NCBI RefSeq assembly: GCF_036321535.1
Contig: NC_087436.1
Location: forward strand, 77,688,001-77,752,000
Direction of reading: 5' to 3'
DNA length: 64,000 nt
Origin: Camelus dromedarius
Lineage: Eukaryota
Shown: in pieces, positions 13,156 through 26,407 of the stretch
Layout: each line of letters begins with the position of its first letter
Position numbering within the stretch: position 1 is the stretch's first letter
Notes under the pieces: generated by a model
Seen by the model: the letters and a program-made list of their open reading frames with translations, nothing else
Told to the model about the DNA's origin: nothing
Database searches by the model: none
Program-made: the position numbers and the translations under genes

Positions 13156-14522
13156 ATTTCAGCGCTGGGTGAAAGCAATCCCTGGGTCTTACTCAAGAGA
13201 TGCCCTTTTCTCCCTAGCACCATGCCCAGGCTAATGCAGGCGACAAAACAGCTATCTCACGTACAGGCAGCAGAAGTGACCTAGTAAGTGGTTCTGGGTG
13301 GGATCTGGATCCAAGCTGCCTGGGGTTGAATCCCTGATCAACCGTTTATGAACTAAGCAACTTCAGTTTTCTCATTGTTCCTGCTCAACAAGGACAATCT
13401 TAACATTTACCTGTTTTGTTATGAGGATCATAACAAATACATATCTTCACTTGATTACATACTGATTATATGTATTAATTTAATATATTTTACACATATA
13501 ATATATAAAATAAATATAAATAAAAATATGTTTAACATATTATATATAAGATTTTTAAAAATTTTTGCTTTAGAAGAGTGCCTGGCACATATTATTTTCT
13601 CAACAATAAATGTTATTAATATTCATTTTTAATAGTATAATTGCCCTACTATATGCCGGGTCCTTTGCAAAGAGCTGGGAATGAGAAAATGAATAAAATC
13701 TAATCCACACCCTGAAGCTGCTCTTGATAGTTTTTAATGAATTATTGTTTAAAAAGGCAGGGGGAGCACATAATTTATATAAAGATAATTGGCTGACTCT
13801 ACTGCCAGCATTGCCTGGGTTCAGATTTTTTTTTTAATCTTGAAAAGAAATAGGTCTGAGAATATGGACAGGCAGAAGGAGTCTCTCAAGGCATTTCATC
13901 AAAAAGTATAAATTCTATTCATTAAAGAGGCACCTTACATCACCCAGAAATCTCTAAAGCTATACTCTGGGGCTTTAAGACATGTATGAAAATATATGCG
14001 TTAACTGACCTACACTGCTAACCCATGAATTCACGAGAGAGCCATGGCCTAGAATAACATATTTCTCTTCCAAACTCTGGTGATCAATGCAAAAAGAACA
14101 GTAATTATAAGGAGGTGGATCTTTGGGCATCCAGGCACCACTAGGAACCAGCTCCTCGGAACCCACAGGTGCCCAGATGCCACTTCTTGCAGAAATTCAG
14201 AAGCAGCACGCTTCCTGAGGGGTTCTGAATGAATTCTTGCTTCCCAAATTCTGCAGCTCAAATAAACAGTTCAAATTATCCCCACAATAATTTTATATTC
14301 ACTACACACACACATACACACACTTTCCTGAGATTTACCCAAGGATAAAAACTCTGGGCTCTTGACTTCAGACCTCAAACTGCAAACATTTTATGTGTTG
14401 TTGCTGTGACTGGGATGGCGGATGCAGAGAGGGGGCTCCTCTTCCTCTTCTGCCTTCTCTCAGGGAAACGCTCAGCAGAAGAGCCTGCGATCCTAAGTCC
14501 TGAGAGGGAAGCCCTCACTTAC

Positions 14523-14659
14523 TTCACGATGAAGGGAGAGCACAGCTCCTCCAGGATCCTCTTTTCTGAGTAGACGTGCTCCTGCTGCTTCGTGTCCACT
14601 ATGTGCTTCTTCCTTATACACTTCATGGCAAAAGCAACGTTCTCGTTTTTCACCTTAAC
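14523..14659 (-). CDS. PRKG2: PRKG2 exon 12 (catalytic Lys, helix C)
   Basis: Encodes VKVKNENVAFAMKCIRKKHIVDTKQQEHVYSEKRILEELCSPFIV(K). TAG| acceptor, |GTAAGT donor, 137 nt. Confidence 0.97.
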
Positions 14660-15067
14660 CTAGGTAAGAAGGCAACAAGCCCTCAAAATGAACCTACCAG
14701 AAAAAGTTTATCATGCCTATGTAAAACATGTTGACTAGTAAGAGTTCAAATTCTTTCACATTTAAATAGTATGGAAACTTCTAACCACTTATCCTTCTGG
14801 GAACTGAATCTTATTCAGGCGTATACACTTCCCTTTTATTGTATGTAATTTCCCCAAGAGTTCACATATCTGGAACACGGTTCTAAAAATACTTGTGTTG
14901 AAACAAGAAAAATACTCCAGTTAGAAGACTGAATGAAGTTTAGAAATCTCTTCAGTTTGGAGTATGTGATATGAAAAACTTTGGCCAGAATTGCCCCCAA
15001 ATTGTTCTTTCTTAATAGTCACTTCTTTGATATTCAAAGTGAAACATATTTTAAGTCAAAATGTATA

Positions 15068-15272
15068 TCTGCCCTATCCCATATGACAGCCACTAGTCAT
15101 ATGAGGTTATTTCATTTTAAATTGATCAAAATTAAAAATTCAGTTCCTCGGTTGCATTATCCACATTTCAAAAGCTCACCAGCCACATCTAGCCAGTGGC
15201 TACCCTATTGGACATGCAGATACAGAACATTTCCATCAGTGCAGAATGTTCTGTTGGAGACCACTGCTCTAG
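15068..15272. mobile_element. MER3-like hAT-Charlie MITE
   Basis: 'gccactagtcatatg...aaaattcagttcctcggttgca...gtggctaccctattggaca...agaacatttccatca...' A second copy lies at 59177. Confidence 0.8.
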
Positions 15273-16566
15273 ATGGATGAACAGAATTTTCCCTTAAAAG
15301 AAAACTTAAAAATTTTTAATAAATATTTATTCAGAGAGGCTTAAAACTCCATAATACGCTATATTTGACAAATAATGACATTGTGCAGAAATGATCACAC
15401 CCCATATTTTGTTCACATTTGCCATTAGTACTGCCTACGATTTTTCAATCAATGGCAGAATTATTGTTTCAATTATTGTTATTTAACTATATGAAAAACA
15501 AAGCTCAGCATTGTCAATTCAATCCTTTTGCCAAGAGTTTGGTGGAAAATACAGCAGATAGATCTCTCCCTTATCTCTCCATATGGTGGAAGAAACATTA
15601 GTAATACTTTTTGGCCTATTAAGAACTCGTTTCTTCCTCTCTCACCCAAAAGAGATGAAGTATGGACTGGGTGTGTGTGAACTGGTCAGCATCTCCAGCA
15701 GCATTTCAGATCCGCTCACACCCAGGCCATCCAGCAGATGGAGGTGTCAGCACCATTCCCAAGGTTAATAATATACAGTGAATCATTACAAATCTGTGAG
15801 GCAAAGAAGGGCTGGGTAATTGCCAAGGGTTTAGAGCCATCTCTACCCAGTAAGGTCACAGATCTCCATTTGACAGTTGCTTCAGAGCACTTGATCTGAC
15901 AGCCCCGCTCTGCTACTCCTTACAAGCTGGTTCTCAAGCTCAAAGAAGAGGTGGTGTGGAAGATGCAGCGGAAATCAGGCGTAATTTCCCAGCTGTCCTG
16001 ATCAGCACTACAGAAGGCTGCTCTTCAAACATCCCCTTGCAATTCTGCTTCTTTTCTGTTTTTCAGAAAATTTTGAGCAAGCCAAAAATAGGATAATGAA
16101 AGCCAAATATAGACATGGTAGGGGAGTTGTTTAAGAAATGGAACTATGATATGAAAGATTTCATTTCTGTGGCATTTCCACTGGACACATTCTTCTTTTC
16201 TTTAGTATATAGTTAATGTATCGTGAGTGTTTGTATACATACATTTTGCTGTTAGCAAATACATTTTATGTTTTCTAGCCTTTGGGAATGGTTACTTGGT
16301 ACATTCTCCAATAACTGCCATCAAGAAAACAATTCGCAAAAGGACATCATGTGAAAAGCTTGAAATAGCAGCTGTATTATTACAAGTTACTTACTAGCAC
16401 AGACCTGCTATTATGCAACAGAGTGAAAAGTGTACTTTCTCAATTTCAGTTCAAAGCAACATTTAGATAGCAATAACAATGCATATATTCCTCCAAGAGA
16501 CGCTGGAATATAAAGCAAAAAAAGTCAAAAGGCTTCTCTCAGATGCTTGAAACGTAAACCCCTTAC

Positions 16567-16720
16567 AAGCTCAACTCTTCCGAACCCACCAACGCCCAGT
16601 GTGGCGATAATCTCAAGGTTCTGGAATGGGGATGATGAGGAAAATCTGGCCACCTTCTCCTTCAGCTGAATCATCTCCAGAGAGAGTGCTTTGGACAGCT
16701 TCCAGCTAGACATGGATCTC
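16567..16720 (-). CDS. PRKG2: PRKG2 exon 11 (kinase glycine-rich loop)
   Basis: Encodes (K)RSMSSWKLSKALSLEMIQLKEKVARFSSSSPFQNLEIIATLGVGGFGRVEL. CAG| acceptor, |GTAAGG donor, 154 nt. Confidence 0.97.
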
Positions 16721-18023
16721 CTGTATGAGAGAAGAGAAACTTTATATACCTTCCTCCAGGCAAGCAAGGCTCACAACACACAGAAATTCCACCCTTAAAA
16801 CAGCCTTCTTTCTGCCAGTAATTACTGCCCATAGTTGCCATAAAGATTATCTCAGCTTTTACAGGATCAGATTCAGTTACAACTGGGGAGAAAAGCAACA
16901 GAATATACAAATATGAAACAAACACACTCGCACACAATAAAAAACGGACAAAATGTCAAAACGAGTGAATTGTGTGGTATTTAAAATACATCTCAATAAA
17001 GCATTTTACAAAAAATAAATAAGTCATGAGAGGAAATAAATCCAGAAGACTGGAGAGCCTTTGCCTTTGTTGCACATACAAGAAACAGCCACACAGCATC
17101 TCCGCCATGCTTCCTTCGCTCTTTCTGTCAGACCTCGAAGGTCCCTGGCTGAACCAGAACAACTGCTTTGTGAAACATGAAAAATACATTCCTTATTTTA
17201 TGTCTAAATATTGTTACTTGGAGATGCTCATTTACCTCCTTTAGTTAAAGTTCACTGCTTGGGATTATATATTTATAAATTGTTCTATTACAAAAGGCCT
17301 TTGGCATAAAAACTGCAAATATATTCCTTGCCAAAAAGAGAAACAAAAACAAACTCTATGCAGTTCTGGTTGAATGCTCTAATTTAACACAAGTGTTTTC
17401 TAGAACTTTTGACTCTTAAGCTTTAATGGTACTATCTAGTAAATACATGCTTAAGTATTCACTCTACAGAATATTCTAGCAAAATATTCTCAAATAATTT
17501 AAATTTTAGAAAGCAGGTTTTTTTCTATGAAACAAAACATTTTTCATCAGTATTACTGTATTTGGGACCCCTGAGCAATAAACTCCATTATATTTTGAAA
17601 TAACCTGGGCTCTAGTTCTAGATTATTCTTTATCTGGAATCAGAATGAATGGACTATGCTAGTGCCTTGGCATTCTTGTTTGAGTTCCATGTGCGAGAGG
17701 GGCTTCCCTTCTGAACTAATGTCTTTCGGAGCTAGGTCACAAGTCAATGTACAGACGCCCTTTCCCAAGGTCTCTTATCAGGATATCGTCCCCTTAACAT
17801 TACTACTCATCGCCGAAAATAAGAAACACTATTTATAGACTAAAATGATATCCATCCTAGTGGTAAGTGGTATCCTTTTAGTGGAAGGAGAAGATAGAAG
17901 AACTCCCCTAAATCTTCTAGTGACAACACACTAAAAGTTACTGCACAGCAAACCACGCCCCTCAGTCCCCTTCATTAACTGCCAGAAGTCACATCCGGCT
18001 TAAGAAAATATTCCTCCACTTAC

Positions 18024-18122
18024 TTCGCATGTCTTTTTTCATCATCACGGTTCAGGTTTGCCACATACCCTTCAAGATATTTTTGGAGTTCTTCAAAAGT
18101 CCCAACTGTTTGGTTGAATGTT
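18024..18122 (-). CDS. PRKG2: PRKG2 exon 10
   Basis: Encodes (E)TFNQTVGTFEELQKYLEGYVANLNRDDEKRHA(K). TAG| acceptor, |GTAAGT donor, 99 nt. Confidence 0.97.
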
Positions 18123-20314
18123 CTAAATGAATAAAAAAAAAAAAACCCCTCAATGCGAATAGTTACCATTGTAACTTACCATTCTTCTTAAGCTATTCAG
18201 AAAACATTAATTGTATGGTTATTCACAGCTTTGTAAACTGTTTTTCAATAACTTATGTTACATTAAGTGGCCATCACAGGTAGAATAATTGTTAGAAGCT
18301 ATATGATTGAGCTTTTGAGTTTCTGAAAGCAAGGAGGCTCTCAGTGAGAAGAGACATTTCTGTAGTTTTCCGCATTGTGGTTCAGGTTTACCAAAAATTG
18401 TTCTTTTTTTTTTTTTTCATTTTAAAGAAGACAGTGGAAAGGAAATAGTCTACATGATCTGTTTATTGAATCTACAAGTTACATATCTTACCCATTTTTC
18501 TAACCTTGCTTAATCAAATTGAGCTCTTTATTTTTAAAAATCAAGGATAAAAAGTATCTCTTCTTTGTCCCTAGATAATACTCCTCATTTCACATCCATT
18601 CATAAATAAATCCAAACTTTTTACCTTAACTTACTAATTCTTTGGGTGAGGCTGGGCCATCATATTCCCTTGACCCTCCTGACCTCACGGATCACAGGTT
18701 TGTTACGTGTCCCGTCTGCTCTCCCAAGTCCCTTGTCTCTGGGAATTCTTACACAGGGCACTGCCCATGAGAAAAAATAATCCCTTTCCTCACCAAAGAA
18801 GTATATTTTCTGGATTATCCTTCCAATGCGTCCTGCACCCCACACTCGACAACCTTCCTTGATGGGTGATTTTTAGGGTGGTTCTCTTCCCTCCTATAAA
18901 ATAGCAACCTTCTAGAAACCATGCTTCAATCATCTCAGTAAATCTTAAGCTCCTGGCTAGAGCAAAATGAAAGGAATGAAAATTTATGTCAACACACCTA
19001 ATGCTAGTAAACCAGAGCCACCTCATTAGTGTCGTGTTGCCACTTACTGCCTGCCTAACCCTGAAGACCTCTACCCACCTGTAACTGACCACCAATCTAT
19101 ACTTACATTAGTATTTTACTGTATTGGGTATTTTCCATTTCCCCCTTCAGATCTACACTCCACTCTTCTCTGCCCTGCTCTGTGGACTATCCGTGGTTGA
19201 CCGTACAGTAGTGAGAAACAAAACAGGCTTGTCATGCAATTTCAAATTTCCCACGGCTGAAGTTTTCAAGTAGAAGGAAATACTTCTCTTAATTTGTTTT
19301 GATTTTATTTATTCTATTTGTCACCATAGTTTTGCTTGCTATTAAACTAATTCATGTATTGTTGTAAACAAATTTTATTTTTTTAATGTAGGTGACACTA
19401 GTGTCACAAATCTCTAGAAATTCTCCACAAATTAAGGTCAAGTTTAAACAGCTACAACATTCTAGCTGTAACATTCAAATACGTATTTTTTTAAAAAAAT
19501 AATGAATTAGGAAAGAAGAAGTAAAGAGTGATAGTCTGCTCCTCTTACTCATAAAATAAATTCATGTAACTTTTTATGTCTCATCGTGCCTAACACGACC
19601 ACACTTTGTGTAGGAATCTCAACTCTGTGCATTTAAGCATTTTAAAATTATAAACTCCCAAATAATTTATAGGCTCTAAAATAACCACTGCATCCTCTTC
19701 ATGGATGGTGGAGTCATGAGATACTATACAAATATTTGGTTATGTGATTACAATGAAGAAAAAGGGAAGGAGTTCTTCCTTTCTACCATATTTTTAGTCC
19801 TAGCATTTTGGAGCCATTTGTAAGATTTTATCACACAGCTAGTGCTATTCAGTGCATGCATATATTTTTCATAAACAAAACAATGCACTGCCAGGACAAT
19901 TTCATACCAATATATTTTCCATCTGAGAGCTGTCATCCAAAGGGTTCCTTTATCTGAATATACTTTGCACTTTCTAGCCTGATGCTTTGTTTTAAGTTGT
20001 ACTTCACCTGGAGAGACTTCCACATTTCCTTTGCCTAGAAAACTCCTATTTCACGTCCCATTTCCATCCTTACAAATTTAAAGTAAAACTTTCCTCATTT
20101 TACTGCGTTGTGATTGCTTCTCTTTCTGAACACATGCTATGGAAATCAAATGGCATGATGGAAAGAATGCTGAAAGGAACTGGAAGACCTGGGCATCTCA
20201 TATGAAATCACAGATGTCACTTTTGGGGCAATTCTTTAACTGACCTGGACTTACTTTTCTTATTGGTAAGGGAAGTATTAATGTAACTCAAAGTGATACT
20301 AAGAATTATTGTTC

Positions 20315-20370
20315 TATGTTTGACGATGCATGTTAACTAGATTTAGTGTGGTGATAATTTTGCGATATAC

Positions 20371-20438
<68 letters not shown>

Positions 20439-20520
20439 GATCATTATGTTGTACACCTGAAGCTAATATAATGTTAGGTGTAAATTATATTTCAATTCAA
20501 AATAATCAATAAAAAATAAT
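20315..20520 (+). mobile_element. 5'-truncated L1 3' end (L1MA9-like) containing a (TG)n/(TA)n microsatellite
   Basis: 'gttaactagatttagtgtggtgataatttt...atcattatgttgtacacctgaagctaatataatgtta...ttcaat' followed by an A-rich tail. Confidence 0.75.
20365..20438. repeat. Compound (TA)n(TG)n(TA)n microsatellite
   Basis: Read directly from the sequence. Confidence 0.95.
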
Positions 20521-21594
20521 TGCTAACTTTTTAGGTATGTTATATTACTATGGTCATGTATTACAAATAATACTTAGCTTTTCGAGATGCTACTAAAATT
20601 TATCAGTGAAATAACTTTATGTTTGGAATTTCCTTGAACGTAGTGTGGTGAAGGCAGGGAGGGTTAATTGATAATTGTTGAACTTGTATTATGGGGTTTA
20701 TAATCCTGACCTGTCTATTTTTAATATGTTTGAAATTTTTCATAATAAAAAATTTTTTTTAATATTCCAAGGTTCTTTCCAGCTCTAAATCTCTATGATT
20801 CTATGTTCAATAAATGGTGTATTCAATTAGCAATCAGTTGCATACTCTCTTGTGATACTTGTCATCATTTGACTATTTTTAGTTAATATTTCATAAGCAC
20901 ATGTCCTATTTGTTTGGCTACACATGACTTTTCTCAGATAAGGGCCTAGGTTTGGTATAGCAGAATTCCTTAATTATATCTAGTCAGCAAATATCCCCCT
21001 GATGAATAAGAGATCCGAAGAGTCAGATTCAAATATGATCTGAAGGGATTTAACAACACAAAATGAGACATTCTGAAAAATAACCTAAGACCTTTAGAGG
21101 TTAATATTGATGCACATCTCTTGCAAATTACCACAAATGTTAAATTCAGATTTCTCTGGAAATACATATAGCTAATGAGCATTTTATATTTTGTCTGAGA
21201 GAGAGAAGTTCAAAAATATTTCTGACTGCTTAGAGCATTTTAGGAATAAATTATGAAATTGCTCAGTATATTGTATGGAAAAAAATACATGAGTACTAAT
21301 AAGCTTATTTCTCTGGAAGATGCAGAATTTAAATCAGTCTATTGCTGATATTTATGTACAAACTTTGAACACAAAATATTTAGCCTGCCAGCATCTGCCA
21401 CTGCCACAGACAGATTCAGATCAGAAGGCCCAGTTCCTTCCCATGAATTTTAATAGAATGTACTAGCAGCTGAGGATTGGCCAGCACTTCCAAGTAGTGA
21501 TGAATGGGAAGACAGATGGCCCTTGGAGTAACAGAAGGCCAAGTCTTCAAAGGTGGCAGAAGCCTGCATTCTCCAACAACAGCAGTATACTCAC

Positions 21595-21663
21595 TCTCGA
21601 TCTATAACCAGACATGCGACATCATTTTCCTCAGCAATGATGTTAGCTGACCTGACATCTTCA
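21595..21663 (-). CDS. PRKG2: PRKG2 exon 9 (CNB-B)
   Basis: Encodes (S)EDVRSANIIAEENDVACLVIDR(E). CAG| acceptor, |GTGAGT donor, 69 nt. Confidence 0.97.
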
Positions 21664-22147
21664 CTGCAGACAAAAACAGGAAAGTCAGTTTTCTAGTGAG
21701 AAATTAAACATCCATTTTTATTAGGGAACCTGCTATTTGCATGAAACATCATCACTTAAACCTTCCAAAGATTATGCCTTTTTTTAACATCATAATATAT
21801 ACTCCACCCCTTTCCAAGAAAAAAAAAAAAAGCATGGACATGTGTCCTAATAAAGGTTAAGTGCACAAGGAATCCAGAGGAGAAGGTAACTGCACTGGGA
21901 ACATAAATCAGTGACTGCAACCGTGTATGGAATTTCACTCTGTGCTCTGCGTCAGCCCAAATGAAATAGGTCTTTGATCAAACGGGAACTGCTAGTTAAA
22001 AAGCAGCCAAAATTGAAATTACCCGATCAAAGACATTTATAAGAAAACATTGAAGTAATTACATATAATAACCAATCAAAAATAAAACCCAAAGAAAGTG
22101 TTTTTCATGTCATATCACCCAATGAATTAGGTAAATCTAAAATCTTT

Positions 22148-22302
22148 TATTTCATAGTCTAAGATGTGTATTTTCCATTACAATCTCTGAAATCAGCACA
22201 TGTCTTACAACTGACGATGAGTCATAGTGTAATTGTCTTTCTCGGGGGTACATAATATAATAATGCATCTTATAATTGATACCTTAGATATGAAGAATTA
22301 TG
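22148..22302 (+). mobile_element. MER104-like TcMar-Tc2 MITE
   Basis: 'tatttcatagtctaagatgtg...tctctgaaatcagcacatgtcttacaa...gtacataatataataatgcatcttataattgataccttagatatgaag' with degenerate terminal inverted repeats. Confidence 0.6.
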
Positions 22303-24621
22303 ACATATGATCTAATCATAATATATTTAATTACCTGATGAATACCAACGAGTCAAGCACTGGGTAAAGTCTTTCTTTAGAGAACTTTATTTATATTAGT
22401 TTCATCCTTCTATTAATTACAAACTAAAGACCCTGAAGAAAAGGTACATCCATGTGGTACCCAGTGCTCTGAGATTCATTTAAGGTAACCTGGAGCAGTA
22501 AGCACAGGAGGACTGCTCTAAGCAACTTCGTCAAAAATGGCATCACGCAAAGTATACAGTTGCTTTGTCTTCCCTTAGTGGTAGGACAGGGAAAACCTTG
22601 GCAGCCCGCCTCTCAGTGCAGAGAAGTCCCCTGTCCACATAGCCGGCATCCAGAGACTTTCTAACACAGTCCCTCCCAAGTTTACAGGGTCCTTGCTAGA
22701 AGACATTGGTGAAAACATTTCAGCTTAATGGGTTTTTGAGCTGTGAGCTGGGTAGTTTATACTCAACTGGTATGTGTAGATATCGATATGGATATGATCT
22801 TGGATATGGGCCAACTATTTGATATGTGAGCTCAAAAATGAAGAGATAAAGCAACCCTTTCACTTGCCAGTGTCATGATTTTGACTAGGAATATCCTCTA
22901 CAAAAAGTTTATGAGTATTAGAGGTTTACAAATACACATATTTTTTTTCATAATAACTGTTAAGTACCATGAATTTATTTTTGCATACAAAATGCCGAAA
23001 GAACTCCTGGGCCTGTTTAATGTCGAGTCATGGAAATACACAGAATGTAAAGAATACTGAGTCACAGTCAGCGGCCCTAAAAAGTGATAGCGTAAAAATG
23101 CACAAAAATGTAAACATATGTGTATCCAACTCTCTTTCTCATAGATTTTAGTTCTATGCTTTTAAATGCTTTGGGGAATGAGTGTCTTTATTAAATGTAA
23201 ATTCTCATGTTTCTCATGGGAAAACACTGTAATTGGCTAGCTGCAACATAGAACATAAATTATTTCAGATCCAGCATAACCAGACAGCATATTTCCTTTC
23301 AAGAGCTATTTTGAGTCTACAGTACATTTATAAAGTTCTCTGCACTTTCAAACTAATTGTTTTGCTTGGAGATATGAGAAAAATAATCTGTTAATTTTAA
23401 GAACAAATACACTGAAGTTTTGAATAATGATATTACACGATTATATTGCATGAATGTATTCATATTCTGTCACAAATAAACAAAAAAGGACCATTTCCCA
23501 ATTATTGAAACAAGTTCATTACCAGCTAGAAAATGGGAAACAAAAACTCAACTTGTTTTTAAATTCAATTTTTTATACCAAATAGCTATAACTTCACTTA
23601 TTGAGTTTAAGTAGTTTAATTTTCTTTAAAAATAAAAGCTATATGACTTTTAAATAATCAAATTTGTCTTCAGGTAATTTATGAACACTTTTTCTTTGCT
23701 CTGTATTTAATGTAATCCTGACATGTAAATCAGCAGAACTGGGGCTTCACAGACAAAAATTAAAAAGGAAGAAAAATGAACAGAAATACTACTTATTTTT
23801 ACAAGCAAAGATATGAAATAAAAGCATTTAGTAATAGCATAAATTTTAAGTGATTTCTTAATAGTTTCAAGTATTCATTTAAAAACATATATGACTCCAA
23901 AAAAAGTGTGTTGCTCAAAATTCTAACTTTATAAGGTTATGTATATTTAAGAAATTTTTTTTTTCACATTTGAGGTTGTGTTCTGAGTTCCAAGAAGCAC
24001 ATAGTGTCTCCTGTGCTACTTGGTTAATCTTTATAAATGTTTCTCCTATAAGTTAGATCAAACAGTAAATAAACACATACCTCAAAAGGCCAAAGGTTCA
24101 GGGAGAAACTTTAAATACACTATTTTGAGTTGCTTCTAAAACTTGCAAAGTGAGCTGATTAAAAAGTCTTAAGAAAATATTACCTTTGGCATAATGATTT
24201 AAAAGCACAAAGAATATGTAAAGTCATTATCTGATAATTTTTAAAAGAATAAAACAAGGCAACATTTTAAAACTTGATAATATAAAAACTCTTACAGGAA
24301 AATTCTAGTTTTCATGTCTTCAATTTCTTTCTCTGACTCTCATTTAAACCAAAAATTATTAGAATTATTATTTTGGAACACCAATTTTATTTTCACCAGC
24401 AAACTTAAAACTTTCCAAATCTCTTCCTATACAAAATTAATAAACTTATCTCCCATTTAACAATGAATTTTTTTAAAAGTCAGTGTAAAATTTTGGTTTA
24501 ATTTCCAGATAACGGCTGCCATCAGTTTGGTAGCTCCATTCTACAGCTCCAAATGAGTAGGTATATGTGCAAACAACCAAAGAATTATTATTAAGTATAG
24601 TCTATAAATTCATAGATTCAC

Positions 24622-24716
24622 CTGATAAGAGCTTTTTCTCCAAAGTATTCTCCTTTCTGCAGTGTTTTTATCAGTTGTGGTTGATCATGGCCCTCAGTAC
24701 TCTGGGTGACTTTTAC
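24622..24716 (-). CDS. PRKG2: PRKG2 exon 8 (CNB-B)
   Basis: Encodes VKVTQSTEGHDQPQLIKTLQKGEYFGEKALI(S). TAG| acceptor, |GTGAAT donor, 95 nt. Confidence 0.97.
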
Positions 24717-26329
24717 CTAAATGATGTCAAATAATTAAAAAGAGAGAGAGAAGAAGTAAAGGAGAATCTAAACACATATCCATTCAACCAGTCCCTCCAG
24801 ATCTACATAAACTTGACTGAACAAGGAAAGAGACAAGTCTTTGCTTCAATATTTCAGTAGTTAAGACTACAGTCAACTACATTTAGACTAATCTAACTAC
24901 AGTCAACTCATTTGGATGGACTAAAAAAGTCTGCCACCTAACATGATCACATGACTCCATCTTTTGCAAGAAGAAGCCTCTCCATACAAACTTCACCTCC
25001 CAAAGTTAATAAATTTGCTATGTGAATCCAGTTACTCCTTCCTAAGGATGGTCAAAGAAAATGATAATGATCCTATGGGAACTTTATTTTTCCAAAAAGC
25101 CAAATACAGTTGACAAATCAATCAAGAATAAGACTGAGTATCAGGAGTTCTGAACCCAGTGTCCACAACTGACTTGTTGATTCGTGCGGACTCTCTAAAA
25201 CTGAATACAAACTGTGGATCTGGAGGAGGGTCCACAAGTCTCACAAGAGGCTCAATGTGACGGTTTAAGAGCCCGCATGGGAGAGTCAAACAAAAACTTC
25301 AACATTACTTGCTTGTGGCTAGAATTATTCCAGTTCAACATGGGAAGAAAGGTCGCTTCATATTGGTGAGAAATTCTGATTAGCATTTATGAAAGTTACA
25401 ATAAATTAAAAAATTTTTTAAATAATAAATGCAATTTATTTATCAGGCAGAATTCTTTCAAAACATGAGGTTTAAGTTGGTAAGAAATGATAAAAAGCGT
25501 TTCTGAGTGTTGAAAAGTTTCCAAAACTATTTTGTTAACTTTTTTCCCATCACTGGGGGCCTAGTTCAAAGTTCAACCACGAACCAGTTTACAAAGGGCA
25601 GTGCCCGACTCTCTGATGATAAAACTCTTTCATGGAAGAAAGAGCATTTATAAAAATCTGGCAGTTTATGGACACAGGTGCTCAAGATTTCATTCTTTAC
25701 TTCGATCTTTCACAAATGCTTTTTGTCTCCGAGGAACATTGTAAAGAGTCAACGTGGGAGCAACTGGCAAAATGTTATCCACTCAATAGCTAGGTAAAGA
25801 AAAAGATCTGTTGTCTACATCAGGGTAAACTTTTCATCAGCATCTAAATCAGCTTGAGCTATTGTATACAATTTGAAGTTCTGAGCCACACTGTTCTCCA
25901 GCTTGATGCCTGATCATTGCTGCCCTCAATTGCCTAGTTCATTTTCCTCCACTGTTGTCTGTTGTATCTGTGGGATGGGAAAATGTTCCAGCCCCGATCT
26001 TGGGCTGGGAATCACACAGTCATAGCTAGAAGGGATGTTAGAAATAATCCAGTCATTTTATACACGATGAAACCAAGTCTAAAGAATGTCAAGTGACCTG
26101 ACTAAAGTCACTAGGAAGTTACTATCTCAGCTGGAACCCATCACAAGTCTCTTGTGGCCCCAAACCCAGTGCTCAGACCAAACCCTCCCAGGACTTTTGA
26201 GCAGAAGCTCCTTTACCCAGCTCTACACAGAGGACTTAGGCTGCAATGTTAGAACATTGCTGTGTGTATGGCAAACAGATTCAAAACAATTTTTTGATTT
26301 ACTTTAAGTAAGCTTTCATTAATATTTAC

Positions 26330-26407
26330 CTTTCCTTTTGCTAAAATGAAAAAGGTACTTCCTTCCTCGCCCTCTCTAATTATGTAATCTCCTTTGTCAT
26401 AGTATTC
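26330..26407 (-). CDS. PRKG2: PRKG2 exon 7 (CNB-B)
   Basis: Encodes EYYDKGDYIIREGEEGSTFFILAKGK. TAG| acceptor, |GTAAAT donor, 78 nt. Confidence 0.97.

Noticed and set aside
14656..14670. Plus-strand donor-like TAG|GTAAGA overlapping the exon 12 acceptor
   Set aside because: Explained as the reverse complement of the acceptor TTCTTACCTAG; nothing else supports an antisense exon here.
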